Positions 26,342 through 40,677 of a stretch of 64,000 bases of DNA are shown piece after piece. The stretch is from Octopus vulgaris (Eukaryota). Position 1 is the first letter of the stretch. Every line of letters starts with the position of its first letter. The translations under genes were made by a program, and so were the position numbers. The DNA lies in assembly GCA_951406725.2 (NCBI GenBank), contig OX597830.1, positions 58,962,001 through 59,026,000 on the forward strand. The letters are read 5' to 3'. The notes beneath the pieces are model-generated. The model saw only the letters and a list, made by a program, of their open reading frames with translations. It was not told the origin of the DNA and searched no databases.

Positions 26342-26769
26342 TAAATTAGAGATAAAACCACTATTAGGCAAATCAAACAGTGAAAAATATAAACCAAAAC
26401 ATAGAAATAAAATTAATTAATATAATATACAAAATATATTTAAAAAATTCAAAATTTAAATTATTTAAATTTAAAGTTAAAAATTTAAAATTATTAATTT
26501 ATATTTATAAATTTATATATATATATTTATTTTTATTTTTATTTTTTATTTATTTATTTATGTATTTTTTTAATTAAGTATATATAACTATCAAAAAGTA
26601 TTAAAAAGTTTAATATAGATAAAAAGTATATATATATACATATATACAAATATACATGCCTGCATGTATATAAATGCATGCACACACAAATACGCACATA
26701 CATCTGACGTACCCGCATATACTCATTCTCTCTCTCTCTCTCACTCTCTCTTTCTCTCTCTCTCTCTCA

Positions 26770-26821
<52 letters not shown>

Positions 26822-27116
26822 CATACACACACCTGATACACATACAGACACCCTCATGCAAACATAAGCATCTGCATAAACCAGCACGTCCATGCCGACC
26901 CTCTCATAAACACACATACATACGAGCACACACGTGCACACACACCACACACACACACATACACACACGTGCGATCTCGGGCGCACATATGTACTCAAAC
27001 ACTCATATAAATCCACATTTACATATAAACAACACACTCACACACACCTAAGTGTAAACATGCACACATACATACATATACGTGCACATACATAGAATAT
27101 CTCTGTCACATCTTCT

Positions 27117-27177
<61 letters not shown>

Positions 27178-27238
27178 AAATTTTTCACACATACAAACAT
27201 GTCGGCATGCAAATATTGCAAACGCGTTTGGGAAGAAA

Positions 27239-28555
27239 TACCCAAAACTAACCGGAAACGTTCTCTGTGGAACAAGCTCGTCGTGGTCCAGGCTTCCGCC
27301 GCAAGAAGCCACTTGATGCGACCCTCAGGCATTAGTCTGCAGACGGGCGCCGTCGACAGGAGTCGTACTGCCACGTAGTGCGTCTTTGTTTTGCAGTGTT
27401 TCTTCCCCTGTTTGTCGATTTCTACGATGGCTGAAATGAAGGAACAGACTGCTTCCGTGAAATCCTGTTTTCTGCTCGGGTAAACGGCGGCCGAAACAGT
27501 TCTCATGCTTCAAACAACTTAGAAGGATGCTGCCATAAGAAAAAGACAAGTTTACAAGTAGTTTTCAAGCTTTAGGGGTGACTAATTATCGCTTGAGAAC
27601 CTGTCTCGATCAGGGCGACCGTCAACCTCCCGAACGAATGAAAACGTCACGAAAATACATGAACTGACCTTAAAGAACAATCACCGAATAAGTGACAAAC
27701 TTGTTGATATGACTGGTGTGTCCTGGAGCTCCTGCCAACGGATTTTGAGCGAGGAATTGCGAATGAAAAGAGTTGCAGTTACATTTGTGCCTCGCTGGTT
27801 CACGGAAGACGAAAAGCAGTGACGACTGAGTGTTTGTCGCAAACTGAAAGGAGAGTTGGAGGTTGATGACTGAGGACGAAAGCTGATGCTACAACTACGA
27901 CCCGGAAACGAAGCAGCAATCAAGTCAACGGAAACAGTCGATGCCATCACGCTCCCCCCACCCCCACCCCCACCAAAGCGTGTCGAGTGAAGTCCAATGT
28001 CAAGACGATGCTGATTTGTTTCAATGATGCGAAAGGAATTGTCTGCTCATAGAATTTATTTCTCCTGGTCAAACTATTAACCAGGCATTTTACTTGGCAG
28101 CTTTGAAGCATTTGCAAGACGCAGTGAAACAAAAACGCCCCGACCCGTGGCAGAAGTGGAGGATGGTGGATTCAGCACGACATGCGCCCTACGCACACCG
28201 CCTTCAGTGTGAGACAGTTTTTGACCCAAAATGGCATGACCCCCCACTTACCCCCCTCCCTAGTCACCGATCTTGCTCCCTGCAATATTTTTCTTTTTGT
28301 CTCCCCGAATGAAAAAAGTCCTTAAAGGAAAACGCTTAGCAGATGTGAAAGTGGGGAAGAAAAAAGCGACGGAGGCGTTGAAAGGCATCACTTGGCAAGA
28401 GTCACAGGACTGCTTTGAACAGTGAAAAACGCGTCTGGACCGATGCATTACATCAAATGGAGAATACTTGGAAGGCGATGAAAGTGTGAACATGTAAATC
28501 TAAGTGAATAGAATAATATTGCAAAATTCTAGTTTCTTCTGGGTACGCCCTCGTA
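27239..28555 (+). mobile_element. mariner (Tc1/mariner) DNA transposon, degenerate
   Basis: Right TIR ttctagtttcttctgggtacgccctcgTA; partial left TIR tacccaaaactaaccggaa; ~1.3 kb. Confidence 0.85.
27427..28497 (+). pseudogene. mariner transposase pseudogene
   Basis: MAEMKEQTASVKSCFLLG*TAAETVLML (HTH), RSGRPST, FVPR (WVPHEL-like), PP*SP-DLAP-like motif, C-terminal RCITSNGEYLEGD; many stops and frameshifts. Confidence 0.85.
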
Positions 28556-28594
28556 TAAACATATTCACACAAACCTCATACCAGACGCATGAAG

Positions 28595-29210
<616 letters not shown>

Positions 29211-29252
29211 CTTACGATTTTATATTCTTATATTAACCATAAAGGTTTAGGT

Positions 29253-29560
29253 CAGGGGTTCTCAACCGTTTATTATTATTATTATTTTTTTTTTTACCTT
29301 TGGACCCCTTTGATTACTGTTTTATTCTGGTGGATCCCCATAACTATTCGATATTTAAAAACTAGTTTTCTAGAAACTTCTTTCAAAATTCTTATTTTGT
29401 TCTTCACACATTTACTTGTGTAGGTTCAACAATGTAAAATGTTAGAGAAAGAAACCCTTAAAATACTGTTTGGATCCCCAATTTACAATTTTCTTCGTGG
29501 ACAACCAGAAATCATATGTGGACCCTCAGGGGCCATGTGGATCCTAGTTGAAAACCAATG
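29253..29560 (+). mobile_element. hAT-type MITE, copy 1
   Basis: TIRs caggggttctcaac / gttgaaaaccaatg; degenerate 8-bp TSD gtttaggt / gttttggc. Confidence 0.72.
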
Positions 29561-29679
29561 GTTTTGGCGGCCATGGATATCATTACATTAACGCTTTCGA
29601 AATCAGTGTCGCTGAGAACCACCTTGATTAATCGTCTTCTACTGAGCCGAGGGTTAACCAACACTCTAAGAGTGGAATT

Positions 29680-29686
29680 TGGCATA

Positions 29687-29721
<35 letters not shown>

Positions 29722-29771
29722 CTGCAACGTCTAAAACTGGCATATCAATGTGTATGTGTGTATGGTATGTT

Positions 29772-29822
<51 letters not shown>

Positions 29823-29906
29823 GCAACGTCTAAAACTGGCATATCAATGTGTATGTGTGTATGTGTGTGTGTGTGACTGCAACGTCTAAAACTAGCATAT
29901 CAATGT
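29680..29906. repeat. Compound minisatellite: actgcaacgtctaaaact(g/a)gcatatcaatg x3 separated by variable (TG)n
   Basis: Direct reading. Confidence 0.85.
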
Positions 29907-30042
29907 CTATGAGTGTGCGCATGTCTGCGTCTGTACAATGATTACGTTTACATTAGTCTAAACGTCGGTGTTGTTTATGCCTTGCTACTTAGCGCTTCGA
30001 CAAACAGTGTCCGAAACGTAAGTACCACAATGAAGTATATAC

Positions 30043-31703
30043 TTATGTCAACAAAAACGAGTAACGTCGAAAGCAGAGCATGCAGCTGCGCAGGTAAGCG
30101 GGTGGGGGGAATGGTGGCTGCTCTCACCTTTGATACACCCTCCGTATGCGCTCTCGAGGTAAGTATGGAAATGGCAATATTTCTTCGGCGCGTAAACCAT
30201 GACCACTACAGCGAAAAGTTCAGTCTGAGTCTTGACTTGTGTTGATCCTAGATTATAATGAGAGAAGGCTTCGTTGACCGTCGAACTCTCTCCTTCCTCA
30301 CCTCCTCGGTCGTTGCAAGAGGCAGCTGGAAGAATACTGCTTCGAGATACTCGTCCTACAACTGCGTTGCATGTTACTAATTGACCTCTAATGGCTGGGT
30401 TCCTCCGCATAATTCGCCGAAAATCGGATTTTAACTCGTGTAGAATGACAGCCCGAAGGTTTACAAGTCGTCGTCAACCTCTCACTGGTTTTAACCGACT
30501 TAGCAATGCCATTGCCCAAAACGCGAGACGTCCTCTTCGTGTAGACAGTTTGTGAAGACGCAGTTGAGGACTGGATCTCAAGCGGGAGTCTGACCCATGC
30601 GTGTTGGCGTGAAAAGGAATTGGCAGGAGACTGGCCAAAGGTTCTGTCGCACCCTGACACCTACGTACACAAGCACAAACATAAACCAATATTAAGAGAT
30701 TGTGTGTGTGTGACTGCATATGAAGGGTCGAGTCGGCAAAATCGTTAGCGCACCGGGCAAAATGCTAGCGGTATTTCGTCCGTCTTTACGTTCTGAATTC
30801 AAATTCCGCCGTGGTCAACCTTGCCTTTCATCCTTTCGGGGTCGATAAATTAAGAACCAGTTGTTGGGCAAAAATGTAATTATGTCAACAAAAACGAGTA
30901 ACGTCGAAAGCAGAGCATGCAGCTGCGCAGGTAAGCGGGTGGGGGGAATGGTGGCTGCTCTCACCTTTGATACACCCTCCGTATGCGCTCTCGAGGTAAG
31001 TATGGAAATGGCAATATTTCTTCGGCGCGTAAACCATGACCACTACAGCGAAAAGTTCAGTCTGAGTCTTGACTTGTGTTGATCCTAGATTATAATGAGA
31101 GAAGGCTTCGTTGACCGTCGAACTCTCTCCTTCCTCACCTCCTCGGTCGTTGCAAGAGGCAGCTGGAAGAATACTGCTTCGAGATACTCGTCCTACAACT
31201 GCGTTGCATGTTACTAATTGACCTCTAATGGCTGGGTTCCTCCGCATAATTCGCCGAAAATCGGATTTTAACTCGTGTAGAATGACAGCCCGAAGGTTTA
31301 CAAGTCGTCGTCAACCTCTCACTGGTTTTAACCGACTTAGCAATGCCATTGCCCAAAACGCGAGACGTCCTCTTCGTGTAGACAGTTTGTGAAGACGCAG
31401 TTGAGGACTGGATCTCAAGCGGGAGTCTGACCCATGCGTGTTGGCGTGAAAAGGAATTGGCAGGAGACTGGCCAAAGGTTCTGTCGCACCCTGACACCTA
31501 CGTACACAAGCACAAACATAAACCAATATTAAGAGATTATATGAAGGGTCGAGTCGGCAAAATCGTTAGCGCACCGGGCAAAATGCTAGCGGTATTTCGT
31601 CCGTCTTTACGTTCTGAATTCAAATTCCGCCGTGGTCAACCTTGCCTTTCATCCTTTCGGGGTCGATAAATTAAGAACCAGTTGTTGGGCAAAAATGTAA
31701 TTA
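30043..31703 (+). repeat. Near-identical tandem duplication (837 bp + ~821 bp), each unit ending in a SINE family A head
   Basis: Duplicated ORFs at offset 837 in the ORF track; junction microhomology TTA; only visible difference is a 16-bp indel at ~30702-30717. Confidence 0.93.
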
Positions 31704-31962
31704 CTTTAAAGGGCAGAGGCACACGCGAGTGGTTGGTCCGTAGCATATTGTTCTTTGGACTGGATTGACTTTGGCCATTCTGGGGCACCGTCAGCGAGTA
31801 TCTCAATCGGTTCTATCAACTCTATATTTTGAATGTCTAGATCCAATTCAACTCAGTGTAAGAGAAAAGTAAATCGGAAGGAATGAACTTCAAAGAATAT
31901 ATACCGAAAGGTATTTTTGTTCAACGCACAGATTTATCAGTAATTTCTTACCATTGTATGCA

Positions 31963-32283
<321 letters not shown>

Positions 32284-32619
32284 GTGATATATATGGACTT
32301 GGTCAGTTGTTTTATTTTTAATATGGCTCAGTAGACAACCAAACAAGGAGTCAATGTTTCTTTTTTGTTCGCTTCGCTCTCTTCTGTTCAAAATTTAGCT
32401 CAAGAGTGAATAACCCTCGGGGCTGCGGTAGATTTTTCGCCAATATTCAAAGTTGAAACTGCTTGCAGACGAAATCCTGAAATATCCAAACTAAAGAAAT
32501 TCAAGCCTTAAGTTTAAACCTCAAGTTTAAAGCCTTAAGAGTTAAAACAGAGATACAAGTCCTGTAATTGACTCCTCGGTTCCTGATGAAGTTTCGAGAA
32601 CACCGTTGTGAGATTTCTC

Positions 32620-33025
32620 TTTTTTTCTCTTTTTACTTGTTTCAGTCATTTTGACTGCGGCCATGCTGGTGCACCGCCTTTAATTGAGCAACTCGAACCC
32701 GGGACTTATTCTTTGTAAGCCCAGTACTTATTCTATCGGTCTCTTTTGCCGAACAGCTAAGTTACGGGGACGTAAACACACCAGCATCGGTTGTCAAGCA
32801 ATGCTAGGGGGACAAACACAGACACACAAACATACACGCACATACATATATATACATATATACGACGGGCTTCTTTCAGTTTCTGACTACCAAATCCACT
32901 CACAAGGTTTGGGTCGGCCCGAGGCTATAGTAGAAGACACTTGCCCAAGGTGCCACGCAGTGGGACTGAACCCGGAACCATGTGTTTGGTAAACAAGCTA
33001 CTTAGCACACAGCCACTCCTGCGCC
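32620..33025 (-). mobile_element. SINE family B, full-length
   Basis: Reverse complement of 6155-6552. Confidence 0.88.
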
Positions 33026-33410
33026 TACGGTGTATCTTGAGCATTGTAAACTTGGTAAAGTTTATCCCACTCCTGGTGTGAACACAGCTATCTCTTCTAG
33101 AGAGAAGTGAAAGAGTCAACTCCTCAACGAGTATTTTATTTGGTCGCTGAAGGAACAGGAGCAAAGTTGGTCTCAATGGCATTTGAACTCAGAGAACAGA
33201 AATGAATAACGTAAAGAATTCTATCGAACGCTTTAAAACTCTGCTAAGTCGCCGCCTTAATATGCGTTGTATGCTAATCTGTTTGTAAAAAATTCAGTAT
33301 TTTTTTTCCGTGCAGATGAGCTCGCATAGTTTTTAAAAAAATTTTTTGCATTCCATCTCTAGTGCTAAAAAGTTTTCTCGCTCTCTGATCTGTCTAAAGA
33401 GTCACGTAAA

Positions 33411-33834
33411 GGATCTTTTCGGTTTGAACGGCAGTTTTTTCTAGCGGTGTCATATAAAATTGTCACCCATAATTATGACCCTAGTATCGATCTATTGCAT
33501 TTCAATCTGTTTTAGGGTTAGGGTTAGGGTTAGGGGTGGAGGGAAGGGTATCTTTTTTCTTCAGAAATGTAAATAAACCCAATCTGTTTCTTAAACGAAG
33601 GACATATTCATACGGCACAGAATGTTTTCACCTCAATAGACGTCATTGATTGGTTGAAATTGCAGAAATTGAAGAAAGAAAACAACAAATATCTTACAAA
33701 CTATAGAATTTTCTCAATAAAGCCAAGAGAAAAAGATGTTTTATAAACACATTCTACCAGTATACGAAGTTTAAGAGTTTAAGAGTTACGTGGAAATTAT
33801 TTAAAAAAAACTGCCGTTCAAACCGAAAAGATCC
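33411..33834 (+). mobile_element. Non-autonomous TIR DNA transposon (GG...CC ends, 8-bp TSD, possibly Merlin-like) with internal (TTAGGG)n, copy 1
   Basis: 29-bp TIR ggatcttttcggtttgaacggcagttttt / aaaaactgccgttcaaaccgaaaagatcc; TSD cacgtaaa / cacataaa; TTAGGG x4 at ~33512-33535. Confidence 0.88.
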
Positions 33835-35329
33835 CACATAAATCTCAAGCGGACGTGTGAATCTAGCCCTAATTAGCTGCATACACTTATACAATTTAAG
33901 TCTGTAAGCAGCAGAAACACTATGAAGTCAACCAGTGACCTGTTCATTGCGTTACCGGATTCAGTTCCTCTTAGATGAAGAGAAAACTAACAAGAAACCA
34001 GCTTCTCGTAGGTTTTTCTGTTTTGCACAATTGAACCGGCGTTTCTTACACAGTAACACGTGACAAAGAGGTGTTAATCTGGTTTGTGTTATTTTTATTG
34101 TAGTCTATTTCATTGTATTTTTGTCTATTTTTTTTTTGTCGCGGTTCTATTGGTTATTTTAAAGAGTTTTGTAAATTCTTACAAATATTAGGAAAAGGGA
34201 AGACGGCGATAACAGGTCGGGAAAAATACTTAGCGGCATTTCGACCATTTTTACGTTCTGAGTTCAAATTCCGCTGATTCTATACTTTGAATACCAGTGA
34301 ATTTGTTAAATAATAGAAGTTTTCTAGTTCCTCTAAGGGAATAATCCATGAAATCCATTCAGGTTTTGCAGATAATCTCATATAACTTGTTAACCTTTTA
34401 CATGATACACAAGCTCTACTAATCCTCATGAGACAGTAGCAAACTGCATTGGGCTTTGTCAAAATGACGATGAAAGAAGATACAGTCACAAATCAGAGCC
34501 TAGACAGAATTTATTCAAAGCTTTGTGGAAGATTCTTAGATTCATGAGTTCAGAAATGGATTTTCTCACTTAGAAGGTATTGTCAACTTGTAACAACTAA
34601 CCAACGTTTGGGTATATGGTTTAAGACAGTCTTTTATAATTAATGTCTTTTAGACGCTTCCCATAAAGCTACACAAACGAGTAAATGACTGCTGTTACTC
34701 TTAACTTCTGCTCATGGAACAAAATATTTCGTGGAAAATACATCCAATATTTTAAAATGTTTACCATTTATATCACAAATGATACGGCAATGTAGGGAAC
34801 AATTTGCTTCAGAGCAAAAAGTAACTAACATCCTCATTTGTCTTTTGAGAACCTCGGTTAGCGGATGGGAAAAATCGAAAATTGGTACAATAGAATAAAG
34901 TACCAGTCTGCGGTGCTGGATTGGCGAACTTAGAAGAGTTTCTGATAGAATGCTTTGCAGTATTTGTTCTGCTTTTTAACGTTCTAAGTTCAAATCCTAT
35001 CTTTGAATTCGTCGTGTCGAGGTTGACAGAAGTAAGGTATCAGTCAAAGTACCGGGTGCGTCCCTTTCTACCTTTAGCTGTCTTTGAATGTTCCATTGGA
35101 TTAAGAGAGTGTCTGTGCCTGCTCACAAATACACGGCCTGAAGCAAAGAAATGGCGAATGCTTCTACCAAGTTGTTCTAAACTGCCGAGAACATCAGCAT
35201 TTAATAAACACCACAACATCTCATTGTTATTCCTATACTTAAAACAATTGTACCTGATCAAAGAAAACTATATGTACTAAAACAAACGAATTGCTGTAAA
35301 TTTCTGTATATTACTTGGAATGGCTGACA

Positions 35330-35543
35330 TTGGTTTCAAATTTTGGCACAATGCCAGCAATTTCGGAGAAGAGGGTAAGTCGGTTACTTCGACTCCAGTA
35401 CTCAACTGGTACTTATTTTATCGACCCTTAAAGGATAAAAGGCAAAGTCGGCCTCGGCGGAATTTGAACTCAGAACGTAAAGACGGGCAAAATGCTGTTG
35501 ACCATTTTTCCCGATGCGCTCACAATTCTGCCAGCTCGCCTTA
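35330..35543 (-). mobile_element. SINE family A
   Basis: Core and tail as in the other copies. Confidence 0.82.
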
Positions 35544-36183
35544 ATGATAAGACTACTGATCAGTAAATCATCGGGGCTGGTTTATTTGACCATAGAGCAC
35601 CCTGTACCAATACTGACCTTTGAAATTAGTCGAAAGAAATTAGTAATAATCATTTAGAAAAAATAATTGCTTGCAGATCATCTTGGTAAAGTTTTAAGTA
35701 TTTTTCCTGAAAAGGTCAGATGATCTTTCAGTATAATTTTTGTCTTTTACCTTTCAATAAGCATGTTTCTGAAAGACTTCGATCTTGCGACAATTCACCC
35801 ATTTACTTATTTATGCCATTGTTAAATTTTACCGTAACTTGATAATAAAAAAATACCCCACCCCACCCCGCAAAAAAAACAAACAAACAAACAGAAACAT
35901 CTTTGATTCGAAAGAACATCAAATCAAGACTCTTTTTTAAGGTTTAACTGGTTTCACCATTTCAGCAATACTCAGTGTGCATGCTTGCTTTTGTGCATGT
36001 TTGTGTTTGTGTGTGTGTATGTGTGTGTGTATGTGTGTGTGCATGCGTGCGTGTTGGTAGGAGGTGCACAGCATGTACGTCACAGATGACAATATAAAAG
36101 ACCTTTGGCAATTTCACACGGTGTCATCTCTATGTGTATATAAAATTAATAAACATATTTACATATCTGCATAAAACCGATAT

Positions 36184-36214
<31 letters not shown>

Positions 36215-36849
36215 TTATCGGTTTATCAGTAATATATTTTTCACATTTACAAACACACGCACCAACGCACACCCACTTACATGTAGACTCACGCATGCGC
36301 GCACACTCAAGCCCAAACGCACAACCATCAACAGCCGAAAGCACTAACCACTGGGAAGCTGCATTCAAACAAACACGTTTCGCTAACCACACTTTGGCAT
36401 TCTGATGTGACATTTCTCCCGGGGAAGTGACTCACGTGTTATTTCCAACTGGCGACCCGCTCAATTCTTATAATCCATTCATTCATCCTCGGCGCTGCAT
36501 AGTTTTCTGTGAATGCCAAAAGCAAAATACGATAACCATTCCACAAGCACGAATTAGAGATGTAGTGACTCTGAGCTAATGAATTCCTTCAATGAAAACA
36601 TTTGTAACTTGGACACAATCGCGATCAATGGAACCAGGACATAAATGATGAACCAACTATTGTCTCGGTCACGTGGGCATCGCCGAACCCACTCCTCGCA
36701 TATATTATCGTTATGCCAGCTTCTTACTTGAGAATTATGCACACACGCACGCGCTCACGCACGTTTACATGTATTATGTGTGCGTGTATATGTATATACA
36801 CATATGCATACATCCACACTCACATACATACACATATATTATAGGTAGT

Positions 36850-36886
36850 TAGATAGATGTAGATAGATAGGTAGATAGATTGATAA

Positions 36887-36959
<73 letters not shown>

Positions 36960-36968
36960 CAGACAGGC

Positions 36969-37036
<68 letters not shown>

Positions 37037-37150
37037 TCACATATATACATACATAGACAGATAGAAAGAGAGACAGACAGACAGAGAAAGAGCGAGAGAG
37101 AGAGAAAGAAAGAGGGAGAGAGAGAGACAGAGAAAGAGGGAAAGAGAGAG
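36850..37150. repeat. (GATA)n followed by GA-rich tract
   Basis: Direct reading. Confidence 0.95.
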
Positions 37151-37829
37151 CGAATTATCGTATGTGTGTAGGTGTATGACTATTTTCAATGTATATGTAT
37201 GTGTGCACGCGCGTGTGTATGTGTGCGTGTGTGTGTGTGTATCGGTGTGTGGGTGCGTGTATGTACTGAATTGCAGGGTTAGGTTTGTATGTGCATGTGT
37301 GGGTATTGTGGGCGTGACACATGTCAGTTTCAAAGGAAAGTGGTTATGATGTGTCATGAGAAGACATATTGTATTATTTGTGTTTGGGCGTGGTGCTTGC
37401 TGTCAATGAACAAAACTGGTTGGTGGCTATAGCGTGATATGTTGGCAGCTTCTATTGTAGGCGTGGCCCACTATGTTACTGGTGCAAAACTAGTAATAAA
37501 GCGTGTGTCATCCACAACTTGAGATTCACCTGTCTCTGTTGCATGCTTGGCAATGTGTTTCAAGTTCCAGTCTCTCAGATTTTGCTCTGCTCAACATAGA
37601 TATTTCTTTTCTGATCAATGTAATTATTAAACAAAACATCGCCATCCTATATTTTCGTAGCTGTCTGCCCAATTTCTCGATTCAATGGAGGGAGACACTT
37701 CGACATTAAAACGGTTAACGACCTGCTATTTTATGGAACTGGGGCATTCGCTTCCATCGAGCCATTCTCTATCGTATTGTGGAGGCAAACAACAACTATT
37801 TGTCTCACTAGTATATGACTGGTATCTTC

Positions 37830-38729
37830 TGTCTTTTACTTGTTTCAGTCATTAGACTGCGGCCGTGCTGGAGCACCGCCTTGAGGAATTTTTAGTCAAA
37901 TGAATCAAACGCGGTGCTTATTGTTTTGTTAAGCCTGGCACTTGTTCTATCGGATCGCTATTGCCGAACCGCTAAGTTAAGGGGATGTAAACACACGAAG
38001 ACCGGTTGTCAAGTGGTGGGGTGGGGGGCAAACACAGACACAAAATCACACACATACACACACAGATCCACATACATACTCATACGCGCGTGGACACATA
38101 CACATACACACAGACACACACAAATACATGCGCTCACATTGGCACACACATACACATACACACATACACATACACACATATATACAACGGGCTTCTTTCA
38201 GTTTCCGTTTACCACTAAGTCCACTCACAAGTCTTTGGTTGGCCTGAGGCTATAGTAGAAAACACTTGCCCAAAGTCCACACAGAGGGACTGAACTTGGA
38301 ACCAGTTAGTTGGGAAGCAAGCTTCTTACCACACATAGATGCATACCTTGATCCATTTCACAGAACCAATCCCATTCCTAAACACTATTTGAATCTTGTT
38401 AGAACCTTGAGCCGCGTTTACAGACATCATGGCTGGCGATTTAAAGGGTGTTTAAAGGTTCTGCAGTTTAAGTACCAAACAAACCAATATGGCTTCCTTA
38501 TTGGTTCATCTGATTACAATGTGCCGTCCACTATTCTTTTATCTTTTACTTGTTTCAGCCATTAGACTGCGGCCATGCTGGAGCACCGCCTTGAAGTATT
38601 GTAACAATCCCCGTACTTATATTTTATAACGTGATACTTATTCTATCGGTGTCTTTTGCCGAACCGTTAAGTTAGGGGGACGTAAAAATACCAGCACCGG
38701 TTGTCAAGCGGTGATAGGGGATGGGGGAA

Positions 38730-38760
<31 letters not shown>

Positions 38761-38912
38761 CGACAGGCTTCTTTCAGTTTCCGTCTACCAAATCCACTTA
38801 TAAGGCTTTGGTTGGCCCGAGGCTATAGTAGAAGACACTTGCTCAAGGTGCCAGTGGAACTGAACCCATGTGATTGGGAAGCAAGATTCTTACCACACAG
38901 CCACGCATGCGC
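37830..38912 (-). mobile_element. Two SINE family B copies (37830-38340 and 38540-38912)
   Basis: cttttacttgtttcag..gcggcc..ctggagcaccgcc tail; ggcttctttcagtttccg body; tRNA-like head. Confidence 0.82.
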
Positions 38913-39114
38913 CCAGATATTGGTCACTTCTGTTGATCCTTTTATACGAGATTTATTGACACACACGTATGATATTCACTATAAAGTTATAACATAATCA
39001 ACAATAATGGTGACTCTTATAATGTGTTTGTATTTGTTGTTGAAGTATGATGTACGAGTGTAATTTAAGAAAAAAATGAACAATGTCCATCAGATACGAG
39101 GCTTTACCTGTGAA

Positions 39115-39155
<41 letters not shown>

Positions 39156-39722
39156 ACATTCAGAGGAAGGGAAGTCTGATTTCTCCATGCCATCCTATTG
39201 TTAAGAACAAATATTCCTCAATGAGACAATACAATTGAAAAAAATGAAAGTAGAAAAATTGGGAGAGAGAGAGAGAGTATAAGAGAAAGGCAGAGGGGGA
39301 GACTAAGAGCGACAGAGCGAGGAGGGAAAGAGAGAAAGAGCCAAGGAGAAAATAAGAAGGGGGTTACATTGATAAGGGGGTGATGTGGATGGAGGGATGA
39401 AAAGGTAGAGGGCAGAGAAAGAGGAACGTGAAAGGGAGAGTTTTATTATGTAAGACGATAATGTGGTACGAAATTCCCGAGTATGAAAGCTTTATTTATT
39501 TATTTATTTATTCATTTATAGAATCATTTATTTCTTATTTAATTTCAATCAATCTGCTATTTAGAGTGAGAGACAGCGTTCCATTTCGGAGCATCTACCA
39601 CACGCAGTCAGTCGAAGTCAGGTATTCATACGAGATGCTAATATACTCCAGACACCGCCATCAATCGCTGCTCTTCCACTAACCTGTCGTACTTTTCACT
39701 CTTCAGTTAATTTCAATCTCTG

Positions 39723-39768
<46 letters not shown>

Positions 39769-40677
39769 GTGCCAGTGTGCATGTGTACTGTGTGCATATG
39801 CATAAAACAATGCATTGTCGGTTGTATATTTTCATTTCCTTTAACTTTTCTCATAGTTAAACTGTACCGTGTCAGGTTTGTACAGCTGCGAGCAGGCTGC
39901 TCCGATAGGTCGAGTCCCGCGGCACTGAATGAGATACGAAAGATCTTTGAAGTTGGCGGAAGGATGACGATAAAAATGCAAATTATTCGCAAGCTCAAGG
40001 TTGCCAAACACTACAAAGAAGATGGCGGTAAACTTGATACAACTGCATATTAATAAACGTACTTGCCAAAATTAACAATTGAAATAAAAGTTAGGTTCAA
40101 GTATTTTTGAAGAACTTTTAGCGATAACGAAGCTGAATGGCATGAAAAATAAGAGCGATTTTGCTCAAATAACAATGTTCTAAATGAACTTTAGACTCAT
40201 TTTATAGCCTCGTTTTAATCAAAAGGTGAGTAGTACTCACGACCTTTTGCAGGGCTTCTGGGACTGTTTGATGAAAAGAGACTGAATTTACGGGTCCAAA
40301 CTGGCCGAAACTTATCTAAGTATCTAATTATGGCGTATCCTTACGCTAAAGGCTTTGTCGCTTGTTTGCGAAATAAATGTTACATTAAAGTATGCGCTAA
40401 AGCCCAGTTTCAGTTTGTCTCCCACAAAGGGCTTCCGCGCAGTTTCCATCAGCACAACTTCATTCACAAAGATTCGGTCAAATCGAAGCTATAGTGGATG
40501 ACATTTGCCCAACGTGCTGTGGAATGGAATCACAGACCATATACTATACTAAATGAAAACATTGATTCTTGTTTCTTAGTGAAGGGCTGTTCAGTTGATT
40601 AGATCGACGTCATTGCTTTGTTGCTGTCTTATTTTATCAAACCCTTTCCAGCTCGCTTCTTTGATACAACTCAACAT

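Noticed and set aside
29986-30024. tactt...gac-aaacagt-gtc-cGAAACGT-aagta hammerhead-like 3' half
   Set aside because: CUGANGA box absent
32575-32612. cCTGATGAag motif
   Set aside because: No GAAA box or supporting stems
33512-33535. True telomere or chromosome-fusion scar
   Set aside because: Only a few TTAGGG units, internal to a TIR element present twice
39860-40400. Coding-looking unique sequence
   Set aside because: No recognisable motif in any frame I translated; multiple stops
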